Source: an uncultured Thiotrichales bacterium (lineage in GTDB: Bacteria; Pseudomonadota; Gammaproteobacteria; UWMA-0217). From it: DNA of 64,000 bases. This document shows, piece after piece, positions 1 through 10,974 of this stretch. Numbering within the stretch: the first letter of the stretch is position 1; every line of letters begins with the position of its first letter. The position numbers and the translations under genes are program-made. The notes under the pieces were generated by a model. That model worked only from the letters and a program-made list of their open reading frames with translations. It searched no databases and was not told where the DNA came from. The stretch is from assembly GCA_964614535.1 (NCBI GenBank), contig CAZTOZ010000018.1:15393-79392 (forward strand), in the 5' to 3' direction.

Positions 1-602
1 CCCACGGCACCCTCGGCCTGCTGCTGGAAGTGTCGCTGAAGCTGCGCCCCCTGCCGCCAGCCGGCCTGACGCTGGTGCGCGGGATGGAGAAGACCGCCGC
101 GCTGGCGCGGCTGCGCCAGCTCTACCAACGGCCCCAGAACCTCAGCGGCGCGCTCTGGGTCGACGGGCATCTCTACCTGCGGCTGGAGGGCTATCCCGAG
201 GCCATCGCCGCCCGCGCCGCCGAACTGGGCGGCGACCGCCTCGACAACGCCGACGCCTTCTGGCGCGCGGTCAACGACCAGACCCACCCGTTCTTCGACG
301 GCGACACTCCGCTGTGGCGGCTCGTCGTCAAGCCGGCCAGTGGCGACATCGGCCCACCTGGCGACGAGATGATCGACTGGCTCGGCGGCCAGCGCTGGAT
401 CCGCAGCGACGCCGATGCCGACACCCTGCGCCGGCTCGCCACCACCCACGGTGGCCATGCCACCCGTTTTCGCGGCGAGGCGGCGATCGACTCGCCGTTC
501 CATCCGCTCGATCCGGTGGCGCTCGAGCTCCACCGGCGGTTGAAGCGGGCGCTCGACCCGGCCGGCCTGTTCAATCCGGGGAGGCTCTATGCGGCCCTGT
601 GA
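1..602 (+). CDS. glcE: Glycolate oxidase FAD-binding subunit GlcE, C-terminal part (5' end truncated by the window edge)
   Basis: The reading frame is open from the window start (HGTLGLLLEVSLKLRP...). Its C-terminal region resembles GlcE/FAD-linked oxidase, and it is followed by glcF. Confidence 0.65.
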   Translation, partial: HGTLGLLLEVSLKLRPLPPAGLTLVRGMEKTAALARLRQLYQRPQNLSGALWVDGHLYLRLEGYPEAIAARAAELGGDRLDNADAFWRAVNDQTHPFFDGDTPLWRLVVKPASGDIGPPGDEMIDWLGGQRWIRSDADADTLRRLATTHGGHATRFRGEAAIDSPFHPLDPVALELHRRLKRALDPAGLFNPGRLYAAL

Positions 603-666
603 CCCGCCAACGCCGACCGTCGGCCGTGATACGCCACCGTTCCCCACCCGCAGCAGCACCTGACCG

Positions 667-1869
667 ATGCAGACCCGACTCCCGCCATCACTGTTGCAAA
701 CGCCAGCCGGACGCAAGGCCGACGCAATTCTGCGCGCCTGCGTCCATTGCGGCTTCTGCAACGCCACCTGCCCCACCTACCAACTGCTGGGCGACGAACT
801 GGACGGCCCGCGCGGGCGGATCTACCAGATCAAGCGGCTGCTCGAAGGGGCGCCGGTGACGGCCACGACGCGTCTGCATCTCGATCGCTGTCTCAGCTGC
901 CGCAGCTGCGAGACCACCTGCCCCTCCGGGGTGCGCTACCACGAACTGCTCGACATCGGCCGCGAGCGGGTGGAGTCGGCCGCGCCGCGCACACCGTGGC
1001 AACGGCTGCAGCGCAGACTGCTGCTGGCGCTGTTTCCCGAGACGAGACGCTTTGCACTGACGATGCGACTGGCCCGGCTGGCCGCGCCGCTACTGCCGGC
1101 GGCGCTGCGCGGCCGACTGCCATCCCGGCCGCGACCGGCGCCGCTGCCGCGACCCGGCCGCCATTCGCGCAAGGTGATCCTGCTGGACGGCTGCGTCCAG
1201 CCGGTGCTGCGGGGCGGCATCAACGCCCACCTGATTCGGCTGCTGGACCGGCTCGGCATCGAGACCATCGTGGCACCCGAAGCGGGCTGCTGCGGCGCCA
1301 TGGCGCAACATCTGGCCGACCCGACGCTGGCGCGGCGGCAGATGCGGGCCAACATCGACGCCTGGTGGCCCCATATCGAGGCGGGGGCGGAGGCCATCGT
1401 CTCCACCGCCAGCGGCTGCGGCCTGATGCTGAAAGAGTATGGCGAGCTGCTGGCGGACGACCCGGCCTGGGCCGACAGAGCCACCCGCGTCTCGGCGCTG
1501 GCCCGCGACGTGGTGGAGCTGCTGGAGAACGAGGATCCGGAGGCGCTGCGCCCGGCCAGGCCACGCACGATCGCGTTCCACCCGCCCTGCACGCTGCAAC
1601 ATGGGCAACGGCTCGACGGCCGGGTCGAGGCGCTGCTGCGGAGACTCGGCTTCACCCTGACCCCGGTGGCCGACCGGCACCTCTGCTGCGGCTCCGCCGG
1701 CACCTATTCGCTCTTCCAGCCGGCCATCGCCACCGCCCTGCGCGACGACCGGCTGGAGAAACTGCGCGCCGGCGACCCCGAGCTGATCGCCACCGCCAAC
1801 ATCGGCTGTCAGGAGCATCTGCGCGGTGGCAGCGACCGTCCGGTGGTGCACTGGATCGAGTTGCTGTGA
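667..1869 (+). CDS. glcF: Glycolate oxidase iron-sulfur subunit GlcF
   Basis: Two Cys clusters are present: CVHCGFCNATCP and CLSCRSCETTCP (4Fe-4S ferredoxin type). The C-terminal half carries Cys-rich CCG-like motifs, and the gene lies downstream of glcE. Confidence 0.85.
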   Translation: MQTRLPPSLLQTPAGRKADAILRACVHCGFCNATCPTYQLLGDELDGPRGRIYQIKRLLEGAPVTATTRLHLDRCLSCRSCETTCPSGVRYHELLDIGRERVESAAPRTPWQRLQRRLLLALFPETRRFALTMRLARLAAPLLPAALRGRLPSRPRPAPLPRPGRHSRKVILLDGCVQPVLRGGINAHLIRLLDRLGIETIVAPEAGCCGAMAQHLADPTLARRQMRANIDAWWPHIEAGAEAIVSTASGCGLMLKEYGELLADDPAWADRATRVSALARDVVELLENEDPEALRPARPRTIAFHPPCTLQHGQRLDGRVEALLRRLGFTLTPVADRHLCCGSAGTYSLFQPAIATALRDDRLEKLRAGDPELIATANIGCQEHLRGGSDRPVVHWIELL

Positions 1870-1921
1870 CCATCCCCGGCGGCGTACACTCGCGCCCCCG
1901 AACAGGCCAAGACCCACCATC

Positions 1922-2458
1922 ATGTTACGGAAAGCACTCTACCACTTCAGCGGCCGTCTCCCCTGCCGGCTGATCCACAGCCAGGGCAAACGCTATCTGG
2001 AGCGCTACTACCTCGGCCAGCTGTTCGGCTTCACCTTCTACCTGCACCGCTTCGTCGGCAGCGATGGCGACCGCGCCCTGCACGACCATCCGTGGAAGCG
2101 GGCCGGGGCGCTCTGCCTCGCCGGCGGCTACCTGGAACGACGCATCCGCTGGTTCAATCCCGAGACCGGCTACGACACCTACGACCGCCACATCCGCCCG
2201 GGGCGCTTCAACCGCATCCCGGCGGCCGTGTTCCACCAGATCGTCAGTGCCGAGCCCGACACCTGGACGTTGTTCTTCCACACGCCGAAGATCAAGCCGT
2301 GGGGGTTCATGGAGATCGTCCGCCGCAAGGAGGAGGACGGCACCGAACGCCCCCTGCCCCACTACTATGGTGACAGCGACGGCCAGAGCCACCGCCAGTG
2401 GTGGCAGTCGGTGCCGAAAGGCGAGGATTGCGACCGGGCGCCACCGCCGGGACGGTGA
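1922..2458 (+). CDS. Hypothetical protein with cupin-like motifs
   Basis: The ORF starts at ATG 1922. His-containing motifs HDHPW and PGRFNRIPAAVFHQI resemble cupin motifs 1 and 2. No recognizable family beyond that. Confidence 0.45.
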   Translation: MLRKALYHFSGRLPCRLIHSQGKRYLERYYLGQLFGFTFYLHRFVGSDGDRALHDHPWKRAGALCLAGGYLERRIRWFNPETGYDTYDRHIRPGRFNRIPAAVFHQIVSAEPDTWTLFFHTPKIKPWGFMEIVRRKEEDGTERPLPHYYGDSDGQSHRQWWQSVPKGEDCDRAPPPGR

Positions 2459-2500
2459 GCGCCGTGCCACGGGCACCCGCGCCGGCGCAACGCGCAGCCG

Positions 2501-4462
2501 TCAGGCCCGCAGCCGCTGTTCCGCCTCGTCGAGCTCCCGCAGGCCACCGCTCATCACCACGATGTCACCGGGGCGCAACCGGGTGTCCATCCTCTCTCCC
2601 GGCACGCGGATGCCCCCACGCATGATCCGCTCCAGCCGGGGAGAATCGCCGTCGAGCCCCAGTTCCCGCAATGTGCGCCCCACCGCCTGGCCGTCGGGCC
2701 GGACGACGACACTGCGACGGCGGCTCTTCTCATCGGCACCGGCCGGCAGCGCCTCGTCGCTGTCATGGAAATAGGCCCGTAGCGGCGCATAGTCCGAGGC
2801 GCGGATGTCGTTGACCAGTGCCTCGATCTCCTCCGCCGAGACATCCAGCAGCACCATCAACTGCGCGGCGTAGGTGAGGCTGGTCTCCAGCCCTTCGGGG
2901 AAGATCTCGGCGCCGGTGGCGCGCAGCATGGGCTCGTGGCGGGCATCACGGCAACGCAGCAACACCGGCAGCCCACCGCGCAGCAGACGGACGTGACGCG
3001 CCACCCGCTGCGCCCGTTCGGGGTCGTCGAAGGTCACCGCCACCGCCCGGGCCCGCGCCAGCCCGGCCGCTGTCAACACCGTGGCGTTGGTGGCATCACC
3101 AAACACCACGCCATCGCCGGCGTCGGCGGCCTGGCGCACCCGCTCGATGTCGAGATCGAGCGCCAGACTGTCGATGCCGGCATTGCGCAACAGCAGCGCC
3201 AGCCCCTGCCCCAGACGGCCATAGCCGCAAACGATGACGTGGTCACTGAACTCCTCACCGACGCTGGAAACCGCGTCATCAGACCCGGGCAGCGGCGTCG
3301 TCTCCGCCGCCAGCCGCCGCGCCAGCACCCCGTTGGCACGCACCAGAAACGGCGCCAGCACCATCGACAACACCATCGCCGTCAACAGGATCTGCGCCGG
3401 CCGCTCCGGCAACAGCGTCAGCCCCATCCCCAGCGACAACAGCAGCAACCCGAACTCACCCGCTTCGGCCAGGCTGATCCCGCTCCGCCAGCCGGCGTTG
3501 GGGCTCAGGCCGAAGCGCCGCGCCAGTACCGCAATCACCACGGCCTTGAGCAGCAGCAGGCCGAACAGCGTCAGCGCGACCCATTGCGGCGCCTGCCACA
3601 GCACGCCGGGGTCGAGCTGCATGCCGATGGTGGCGAAGAACAGCCCCAGCATCAGATCCCGGAACGGCCGGATGTCGGCCTCCATCTGGTGCCGGAACTC
3701 CGACTCCCCCAGCACCATGCCGGCGAGAAACGCACCCAGCGCCGGCGACAACCCCAGTGCATGAGCACTGGCGGCCATGCTGCTGACGATCAGCAACGCC
3801 GCCAGCATGAACATCTCCAGCGAGTGCGTTCCGGCGACCCAGCGCAGCAGCGGATGGAGCAGCCGTTCACCAAGCGTCATCATCACCACGAACAGCCCCA
3901 GCGCCTTGGCCATCGGCAGCGCCAGCACCGCCATCCAACCGCCCGCCGGATCGGCCAGCGCCGGAATGATCGCCAGCAACGGCACGGCAGCGATGTCCTG
4001 GGCGAGCAGGATGCCGACCGCCGCCTGGCCATGGGAGGCCCCCAGCTCCATCTGCTCACCCAGCTGTTTGAGGGCGATCGCGGTGGACGACATCGCCAGC
4101 GCGACGCCGACGACGAAGGCCGCCTCACCGGGCAGGCCGAGCCACCAGGCGATGCCCCCGAACAGCACGGCCGTGACGGCGATCTGGCTGCCCCCCAGCC
4201 CCAGCACCAGCCGCTTGGCCGCCAACAGCCGAGGCAGCGAAAATTCCAGGCCGATGGTGAACATCAGCAACACCACCCCCAGCTCGGCCAGAAAATGGGT
4301 CGCCGGCGACTCCGGCAGCCAGTCGAAACCGTGCGGACCGGCGATCAGGCCGGTGGCCAGATAGCCCAGTATCGGCGGTACGTTGAAACGCAGGCACAAC
4401 GCCACCAACGCCGTGCCCAGCGCCAACAGAATGAAGATGACTTCCAGCAGATCGTGTTCCAT
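2501..4462 (-). CDS. Monovalent cation:proton antiporter-2 (CPA2) family K+/H+ antiporter with TrkA-N/TrkA-C regulatory domains (KefB/YbaL-like)
   Basis: 653 aa. The N-terminal portion is a polytopic membrane domain (MEHDLLEVIFILLALGTALVAL...GYLATGLIAGPHGFDW). The central portion has a Rossmann-like TrkA-N motif (VIVCGYGRLGQ), followed by a C-terminal TrkA-C region. Confidence 0.85.
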   Translation of the reverse strand: MEHDLLEVIFILLALGTALVALCLRFNVPPILGYLATGLIAGPHGFDWLPESPATHFLAELGVVLLMFTIGLEFSLPRLLAAKRLVLGLGGSQIAVTAVLFGGIAWWLGLPGEAAFVVGVALAMSSTAIALKQLGEQMELGASHGQAAVGILLAQDIAAVPLLAIIPALADPAGGWMAVLALPMAKALGLFVVMMTLGERLLHPLLRWVAGTHSLEMFMLAALLIVSSMAASAHALGLSPALGAFLAGMVLGESEFRHQMEADIRPFRDLMLGLFFATIGMQLDPGVLWQAPQWVALTLFGLLLLKAVVIAVLARRFGLSPNAGWRSGISLAEAGEFGLLLLSLGMGLTLLPERPAQILLTAMVLSMVLAPFLVRANGVLARRLAAETTPLPGSDDAVSSVGEEFSDHVIVCGYGRLGQGLALLLRNAGIDSLALDLDIERVRQAADAGDGVVFGDATNATVLTAAGLARARAVAVTFDDPERAQRVARHVRLLRGGLPVLLRCRDARHEPMLRATGAEIFPEGLETSLTYAAQLMVLLDVSAEEIEALVNDIRASDYAPLRAYFHDSDEALPAGADEKSRRRSVVVRPDGQAVGRTLRELGLDGDSPRLERIMRGGIRVPGERMDTRLRPGDIVVMSGGLRELDEAEQRLRA

Positions 4463-4621
4463 GGTCGGTTCCCTGTGGACGGCCTCGAAGAATGGGGGAT
4501 CGGGGCGGGGGCTTCAAGGTGCCAATGCCCGTGGCGGCACCGGCAAGAGCGGCGGATGGAAAGGCACAGTGACGGCAAAGCCAGTATAATCGCGCGCTCT
4601 TTCGCGCTTCCGTCACCGAAC

Positions 4622-5593
4622 ATGCTGCTATCCATCCTCGCCGTCGTCGTCGGCCTCGCCCTGCTGGTCTGGAGCTCGGACCGCTTCGTCGACGGCGCCT
4701 CGGCCATCGCCGCCAATCTGGGCATGTCGCCACTGATCATCGGCATCACCATCGTCGGCATGGGCACCTCGGCGCCGGAGATGCTGGTCTCCGGCATCGC
4801 CTCGTGGCAGGGCAACCCGTCGCTGGGGGTCGGCAATGCGCTTGGCTCCAACATCGCCAATATCGCGCTGATTCTCGGGGTGACGGCGCTGGTGGCGCCG
4901 CTGGTGATCTCTTCGGGCCTGATCCGGCTGGAGCTGCCGGTGTTGATGGTCGGCATGCTGGTGGCACTGGTACTGATCCTGGATGGCCATCTGAGTTTCG
5001 CCGACGGATCGATTCTGCTGATGCTGCTGTTCGTCGTCATGGGGATTCTGCTCTATGACGCCACCCATGCCCGATCCTCCGATGCGCTGGTGGCGGAGCT
5101 GGCCGACGAGGTCGAGGCCGACATGCCGCTGGGCACGGCGGTGATCTGGTTTCTGATCGGCCTGGTCGTGCTGCTGGTCAGCGCGCGGATGCTGGTCTGG
5201 GGGGCGGTGAACGTCGCCACCGCCATCGGCGTCAGCGATCTGGTGATCGGGCTGACCATCGTCGCCATCGGCACCAGTCTGCCGGAGCTGGCGGCGTCGA
5301 TCGTCAGTGCCCGCAAGGGGGAGTCCGACATGGCCGTCGGCAACGTCATCGGCTCCAATCTGTTCAATCTCTTCGGCGTGATGGCGCTGCCGGGTCTGAT
5401 CGCGCCGGCCGCGCTGCCGCCGGCGGTGCTGACGCGGGACTATCCGCTGATGCTGGCGCTGACGGCGGCGCTGTTCTTCATGGCTTTCCGCTTTCGCGCC
5501 AGCACCACGGCCCGGCGCATCAACCGCTTCGAGGGGCTGGCGCTGATTGCGGTATTCTTTGCCTATCAGGCCTGGATTCTCATCGACCCATGA
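4622..5593 (+). CDS. yrbG: Ca2+/Na+ antiporter, CaCA family (YrbG-like)
   Basis: ATG at 4622. Two internal alpha-repeats are present (GTSAPEMLVS ... GTSLPELAAS). The gene sits immediately upstream of kdsD, as in the enterobacterial yrbG-kdsD-kdsC-lptCAB cluster. Confidence 0.8.
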   Translation: MLLSILAVVVGLALLVWSSDRFVDGASAIAANLGMSPLIIGITIVGMGTSAPEMLVSGIASWQGNPSLGVGNALGSNIANIALILGVTALVAPLVISSGLIRLELPVLMVGMLVALVLILDGHLSFADGSILLMLLFVVMGILLYDATHARSSDALVAELADEVEADMPLGTAVIWFLIGLVVLLVSARMLVWGAVNVATAIGVSDLVIGLTIVAIGTSLPELAASIVSARKGESDMAVGNVIGSNLFNLFGVMALPGLIAPAALPPAVLTRDYPLMLALTAALFFMAFRFRASTTARRINRFEGLALIAVFFAYQAWILIDP

Positions 5594-6567
5594 CGTTCCC
5601 GAACGATCAAATGCTGACGCTGGCCCGCGAGGTGCTGGAGACCGAGGCGCAGGCGATCCAGGCGCTGAAGGCCCGCATCGACGGCGCCTTCATCGAGGCC
5701 TGCGAGCGGCTCTACGACTGCCGCGGCCGCATCGTCGTCACCGGCATGGGCAAGTCCGGCCACATCGGCGGCAAGATCGCGGCGACGCTGGCCAGCACCG
5801 GGTCGCCGGCCTTCTTCGTCCACCCCGGCGAGGCCAGCCACGGCGATCTGGGGATGATCACCGCCGACGACGTGGTGCTGGCCATCTCCAACTCCGGCAG
5901 CACCGAGGAGATCCTCAATATCGTGCCGATCATCCGCCGGCTCGAGGTGCCGCTGATCGCCATGACCGGCGATCCCGGCTCGCCGCTGGCCGGCGCCGCC
6001 GACATCCATCTGGACATCTCCGTCGAACGCGAGGCCTGTCCGCTCAATCTGGCACCCACCTCCAGCACCACGGTGACGCTGGCGCTGGGCGATGCGCTGG
6101 CGGTGACGCTGCTGAAGATTCGCGGCTTCACCGCCGAGGACTTCGCCCGCTCCCACCCCGGGGGCAAGCTGGGACGGCGGCTGCTGCTGACCGTCGGCGA
6201 CGTGATGCACCGGGGCGACGACGTGCCCCGGGTGCGGCCGGGAACACCGCTGACCGAGGCGCTGATGGAAATGACGGCCAAGAGCCTCGGCTGCACCACC
6301 ATCACCGATGCCGACCACCGGCTGATCGGCATCTACACCGACGGCGACCTGCGGCGTACGCTCGATCGTCAGATCGACCTCCACCGCCTGACCATCGATT
6401 CCGAAATGACCAGCCCCTGCCGCAGCATCGGCGCCGATGCGCTGGCGGTGGATGCGCTCAATCTGATGGAGCGCCACAAGATCAGCGCGCTGCCGGTGAT
6501 CGACGACGACCATCGTGTCGTCGGCGCGCTCAACATGCTCGACCTGCTCAGAGCCGGGGTGGTCTGA
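5590..6567 (+). CDS. kdsD: Arabinose-5-phosphate isomerase KdsD (SIS plus tandem CBS domains)
   Basis: The SIS motif VVTGMGKSGHIGGKIAATLASTGSPAFFVHP is present, with C-terminal CBS domains. Start overlaps the yrbG stop. Confidence 0.9.
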   Translation: MTFPNDQMLTLAREVLETEAQAIQALKARIDGAFIEACERLYDCRGRIVVTGMGKSGHIGGKIAATLASTGSPAFFVHPGEASHGDLGMITADDVVLAISNSGSTEEILNIVPIIRRLEVPLIAMTGDPGSPLAGAADIHLDISVEREACPLNLAPTSSTTVTLALGDALAVTLLKIRGFTAEDFARSHPGGKLGRRLLLTVGDVMHRGDDVPRVRPGTPLTEALMEMTAKSLGCTTITDADHRLIGIYTDGDLRRTLDRQIDLHRLTIDSEMTSPCRSIGADALAVDALNLMERHKISALPVIDDDHRVVGALNMLDLLRAGVV

Positions 6568-6602
6568 GCGGGCTCCACCAACCGATCAGGGGAAAACAGC
6601 AG

Positions 6603-7127
6603 ATGGAACAACTCACCGCAACGGCCAAACGCATCGAACTGGTCATCTTCGACGTCGATGGCGTGCTCACCGACGGCTCGCTGTTCATCGGCGACGACGG
6701 CCAGGAGTACAAGGCCTTCAACTCCCGGGACGGCCACGGCATCCGCATGTTGCAGGAGTGCGGCGTTCGCGCCGCGATCCTCACCGGACGGCAGTCGGAG
6801 GTGGTCCGGCACCGCACCCGCGATCTCGGCATCGAACTGGTGATGCAGGGCCACCGCGACAAGCGCCCGGCCTTCCGCGCATTGCTCCAAGAGACGGGGC
6901 TGACGCCGGAGGTGATCGCCTATGTCGGCGACGACGTGGTCGATCTGCCGGTGATGAAACAGGTGGGGCTGGCCATCGCCGTGGCCGACGCCCACCCGCT
7001 GGTGCTGGAGCACGCCGACTGGGTGACCCGCGCCCGCGGGGGGCGCGGTGCCGGGCGCGACGTCTGTGAATTCCTGCTGCGGGCACGGGGCGTACTGGAC
7101 GAAAAACTGGCGAGCTACCTCGAATGA
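6603..7127 (+). CDS. kdsC: 3-deoxy-D-manno-octulosonate 8-phosphate phosphatase KdsC (HAD family)
   Basis: ATG at 6603. The HAD motif I is present (LVIFDVDGVLTDG). Size is about 174 aa, and the position between kdsD and lptC is as expected. Confidence 0.85.
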   Translation: MEQLTATAKRIELVIFDVDGVLTDGSLFIGDDGQEYKAFNSRDGHGIRMLQECGVRAAILTGRQSEVVRHRTRDLGIELVMQGHRDKRPAFRALLQETGLTPEVIAYVGDDVVDLPVMKQVGLAIAVADAHPLVLEHADWVTRARGGRGAGRDVCEFLLRARGVLDEKLASYLE

Positions 7128-7663
7128 GCCGGGGACATCTCTTTCTGCTCGCGATCCTCGCCGCACTGGCCATCGCCTGGCTGGTGGCCAGCGAGCCGTC
7201 GCAGCAGGAGGAGCCCGTCCCGCTGAGCATCGAGGACGACTACTATCTGGAGGACTTCGCCCTCGAGGCCTTCGACCACGACGGCCGCCTGACCCACCGG
7301 GTGTTCGGTAAACGGCTGCGGCAACGCAGCAACAGCCACGACTTCGAGCTGGAGGCACCGCGCTTTCTGCTGGAGAGCGAGCCCGGCCGCTGGGAGATCA
7401 CCGCCCGCAGCGGCTGGATGGACGCGGCCATGACCCGGGCGGCGTTGCGCGGCCAGATCGTTGCCGTCGGCCATGCCGACGACCTGCTGACCCTGACCAC
7501 CTCCGACCTGGCGCTGGATCTGGTGGAAAAGGTGGCCACCACCGAAGCGCTGGTCCATCTGACCCAGGGGGACAACCGTTTGCGCGGGGAGGCGTTGACG
7601 GCTAACCTTCGAACCCATCTGCTGCGGCTGCGCCACAATATCGAAGGTTACTATGTTCCGTAG
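7124..7663 (+). CDS. lptC: LPS export protein LptC
   Basis: 179 aa with an N-terminal membrane anchor. Start overlaps the kdsC stop by 4 nt, in the conserved position upstream of lptA. Confidence 0.75.
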   Translation: MSRGHLFLLAILAALAIAWLVASEPSQQEEPVPLSIEDDYYLEDFALEAFDHDGRLTHRVFGKRLRQRSNSHDFELEAPRFLLESEPGRWEITARSGWMDAAMTRAALRGQIVAVGHADDLLTLTTSDLALDLVEKVATTEALVHLTQGDNRLRGEALTANLRTHLLRLRHNIEGYYVP

Positions 7664-8137
7664 ATTCATCCACTTGCCGCCGACCGGGCTGGTGGTCGCC
7701 CTGCTGCTGGCCACCGCTGCCGCGGCGCCGGCGCGCGGGCCGGTGAAGATCTCGGCCGACTCGCTGGAGCTGGACCAGCAGGCGCAAGCCACCACCTACA
7801 GCGGCAATGTATTGCTGACCCAGGGGGAGATGAGGCTGACGGCGGCGTCGCTGACGGTGTCCGTCCGCGACGGCAGGCTCGGCCGCATCGAGGCCAGTGG
7901 CAACCCGGCGCGTTTCGAGAGCCGCCTCGACGATGGCACGCCGGTGATCGGCGAGGCGGCCAGGATCGTCTTCGACAGCGCCGCCGGCCTGCTGACGCTG
8001 ATCGGCGAGGGCCGCCTCAGCCAGGGCCGCAACCGCATCGAGAACGACCACATCGAATACGATCTCAACCGGGGCAATCTCAAGGCCGGCGGCAAGAAGG
8101 CCAAAAAGCGCGTCGAAGTGATCTTCCAGCCAGCGCA

Positions 8138-8141
<4 letters not shown>
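7653..8141 (+). CDS. lptA: LPS transport periplasmic protein LptA
   Basis: A signal peptide is present, and an OstA-N-like beta-jellyroll sequence ([30 protein letters not shown]). Located between lptC and lptB. Confidence 0.8.
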
Positions 8142-8863
<722 letters not shown>

Positions 8864-8945
8864 CAGTTCTCAGTTCAGAAGCAACCCTCAATATTTGGCA
8901 CGATTATTGCTTAACACCGCGTGACGGTTGGGGCATAATCGCCCC

Positions 8946-10433
8946 ATGCTCAAAGCCAACCTACAGCTTCGCATCGGTCAGAACCTGACACTCACGCCGC
9001 AGCTGCAGCAGACCATCCGCCTGTTGCAGTATTCGACGCTGGAGTTGCAGCAGCAGATTCAGGAGATGGTCGAGCAGAATCCACTGCTCGAGGTGGAGGA
9101 ACCGGAGCAGACCACCAACGAACCGCTGATCGAGCAGGAGAATCCCTACGCCGCCACCGAGGCGGAAACCGAGCTGCCCGGCCCCGACACCACCCAGCAG
9201 ATTCCCGCCGAACTGGCCGTCGACACCAGTTGGGACAGCATCTACGATTCGCCGCCACCGGCGCCGCGCAATGCCGACGCGGTCTCCGCCGCCGAGCTTC
9301 TCGAAAACCAGCCGGGCGCCACCGAGGGGCTCACCGACCACCTGCTGGAACAGCTGGCGCTGACGCCACTGGGCGAGACCGACCGGATGATCGGCGAATA
9401 CCTCATCATGAACATCGACGACGACGGCTATCTCATCGGCACCCTCGAGGAGATCCATCAGGAGATCGTCGAGGCGCTGGGGGAGGCCGACGCCGAAGAG
9501 CCGCCGGATCTGGCATCGGTGGAGGTGGTGCAGCATCTGATCATGCAGTTCGATCCGCCGGGGTGCTGCGCCGAGGATCTGCGCCAGAGCCTGATCAGCC
9601 AGATCCGCCAGAGCGAGGCCGACAGCGACGCCAAAGCCCATGCGCTGCTGATCCTGGAGCGCTACTTTCCCGAGTTGGAGAAGCAGAATCTGAAGAAGCT
9701 GGTCAGTCGCAGCGGGCTCAGCCGGGACGAGGTGGAGCGGGCCATCGACCTGATCCGCCGACAGAACCCGCGACCGGGGGCCGAATACAGCCAGAACACC
9801 GCCGACTACGTCACGCCCGACGTCTACCTGAGCCAGCAGGCGGGCCGCTGGGTGGTCTCGCTCAACCCCGAGATCTCCCCGCGGCTGCGGATTCACCCCT
9901 ACTACTCGACGCTGGTCAAGCGCGGCGACAAGAGCGCCGACAATCTCTATATCCGCGAGCAACTGCAGGAGGCCCGCTGGTTCATCAAGAGCATCCAGAG
10001 CCGCAACAACACCATTCTGCGGGTGGCCGAAGCCATCGTGGAAAAGCAGCAGGCCTTTTTCGAACAGGGCGAGGAGGCGATGAAACCGATGGTACTGCGC
10101 GACATCGCCGAGGAGCTGGGCATGCACGAATCCACCATCTCCCGGGTGACGACCAACAAGTACATGCTGACACCCCGCGGAATGTACGAGTTCAAATACT
10201 TCTTCTCCAGCCAGCTCGGCACTTCCGACGGCGGCAATGCGTCCGCCACGGCCATCAAGGCGATGATTCGTACACTGATCAGTGAGGAAGATCCGCAAAA
10301 GCCCTTGAGCGACAGCAAGATTACCTCTATCTTATTAAACGAAAAGGGCGTGAAAGTGGCACGGCGAACGGTGGCCAAGTACCGTGAAGCCATGCACATT
10401 CCTCCATCCAACGAGAGAAAGCGTATTGCCTGA
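8946..10433 (+). CDS. rpoN: RNA polymerase sigma-54 factor RpoN
   Basis: The N-terminus is Gln/Leu-rich (MLKANLQLRIGQNLTLTPQLQQTIRLLQ). The C-terminal RpoN box is present (ARRTVAKYRE). Confidence 0.9.
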   Translation: MLKANLQLRIGQNLTLTPQLQQTIRLLQYSTLELQQQIQEMVEQNPLLEVEEPEQTTNEPLIEQENPYAATEAETELPGPDTTQQIPAELAVDTSWDSIYDSPPPAPRNADAVSAAELLENQPGATEGLTDHLLEQLALTPLGETDRMIGEYLIMNIDDDGYLIGTLEEIHQEIVEALGEADAEEPPDLASVEVVQHLIMQFDPPGCCAEDLRQSLISQIRQSEADSDAKAHALLILERYFPELEKQNLKKLVSRSGLSRDEVERAIDLIRRQNPRPGAEYSQNTADYVTPDVYLSQQAGRWVVSLNPEISPRLRIHPYYSTLVKRGDKSADNLYIREQLQEARWFIKSIQSRNNTILRVAEAIVEKQQAFFEQGEEAMKPMVLRDIAEELGMHESTISRVTTNKYMLTPRGMYEFKYFFSSQLGTSDGGNASATAIKAMIRTLISEEDPQKPLSDSKITSILLNEKGVKVARRTVAKYREAMHIPPSNERKRIA

Positions 10434-10616
10434 CAATAACTATCAAGGCTTGCTCGACTCACCGGATACGCTTCCCGGCGTATTCCTCTCAACCACACTC
10501 TCGATTTCACCGCACTATCCGATCCCTCCAGCAGCCAACGGCGCCTCGCCGGTGCATCACACCATGGTTGCCGGAACATCGGGTGGCTGCCTTTCATCCA
10601 ACCAAGGAGATCCGTT

Positions 10617-10958
10617 ATGCAACTGACGCTGACAGGACATCATGTCGATATCACCGATTCCCTCAGAAACTACGTGACAGAAAAATTCCAGAGGCTGGCG
10701 CGCCATTTCGATCAGGTGCTCGATGCGAAAGTGATCCTCACCGTCGAAAAGCTGCGGCAGAAGGCCGAGGCCGAACTGCACGTCAGCGGTGGCCGGCTGT
10801 TCGCCGAATCGGTGGAGGAAGACATGTACGCCGCGTTGGACAAGCTCGTCGACAAGCTCGACCGTCAGGTCGTCAAGTTCAAGGAAAAGAACCACAACCA
10901 TCATCGCAATCACAACGAAGGTTCCCACCGCAACATGGCGATGGGCGACGTCGAATAG
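10617..10958 (+). CDS. hpf: Ribosome hibernation promoting factor HPF (short form)
   Basis: 113 aa. The sequence MQLTLTGHHVDITDSLRNYVTEKF... matches YfiA/HPF, in the conserved position after rpoN. Confidence 0.85.
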   Translation: MQLTLTGHHVDITDSLRNYVTEKFQRLARHFDQVLDAKVILTVEKLRQKAEAELHVSGGRLFAESVEEDMYAALDKLVDKLDRQVVKFKEKNHNHHRNHNEGSHRNMAMGDVE

Positions 10959-10974
10959 ACGCGGACCGTCAGCA

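Noticed and set aside
936-1923. Long antisense and alternative-frame ORFs inside glcF (e.g. 936..1703 -, 1090..1923 -, 747..1973 +)
   Set aside because: Arg/Ala/Gly/Pro-rich low-complexity translations are typical of out-of-frame reading in about 70% GC DNA. They are fully embedded in a well-supported gene.
2936-5593. 885-aa ORF in the track spanning the kefB antisense region and yrbG
   Set aside because: Only the last roughly 324 codons, from ATG 4622, are hydrophobic and CaCA-like. The upstream 560 codons are Gln/Arg/His-rich nonsense, antisense to the antiporter.
5547-7127. 526-aa ORF covering kdsD in another frame and then kdsC
   Set aside because: The N-terminal 350 aa are a low-complexity Arg/Gly/Pro run overlapping the real kdsD. 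The true kdsC begins at ATG 6603.
10434-10616. Possible sigma-54 promoter or regulatory element between rpoN and hpf
   Set aside because: No TGGCAC-N5-TTGC match with correct spacing was found. The region is left as a plain intergenic spacer.
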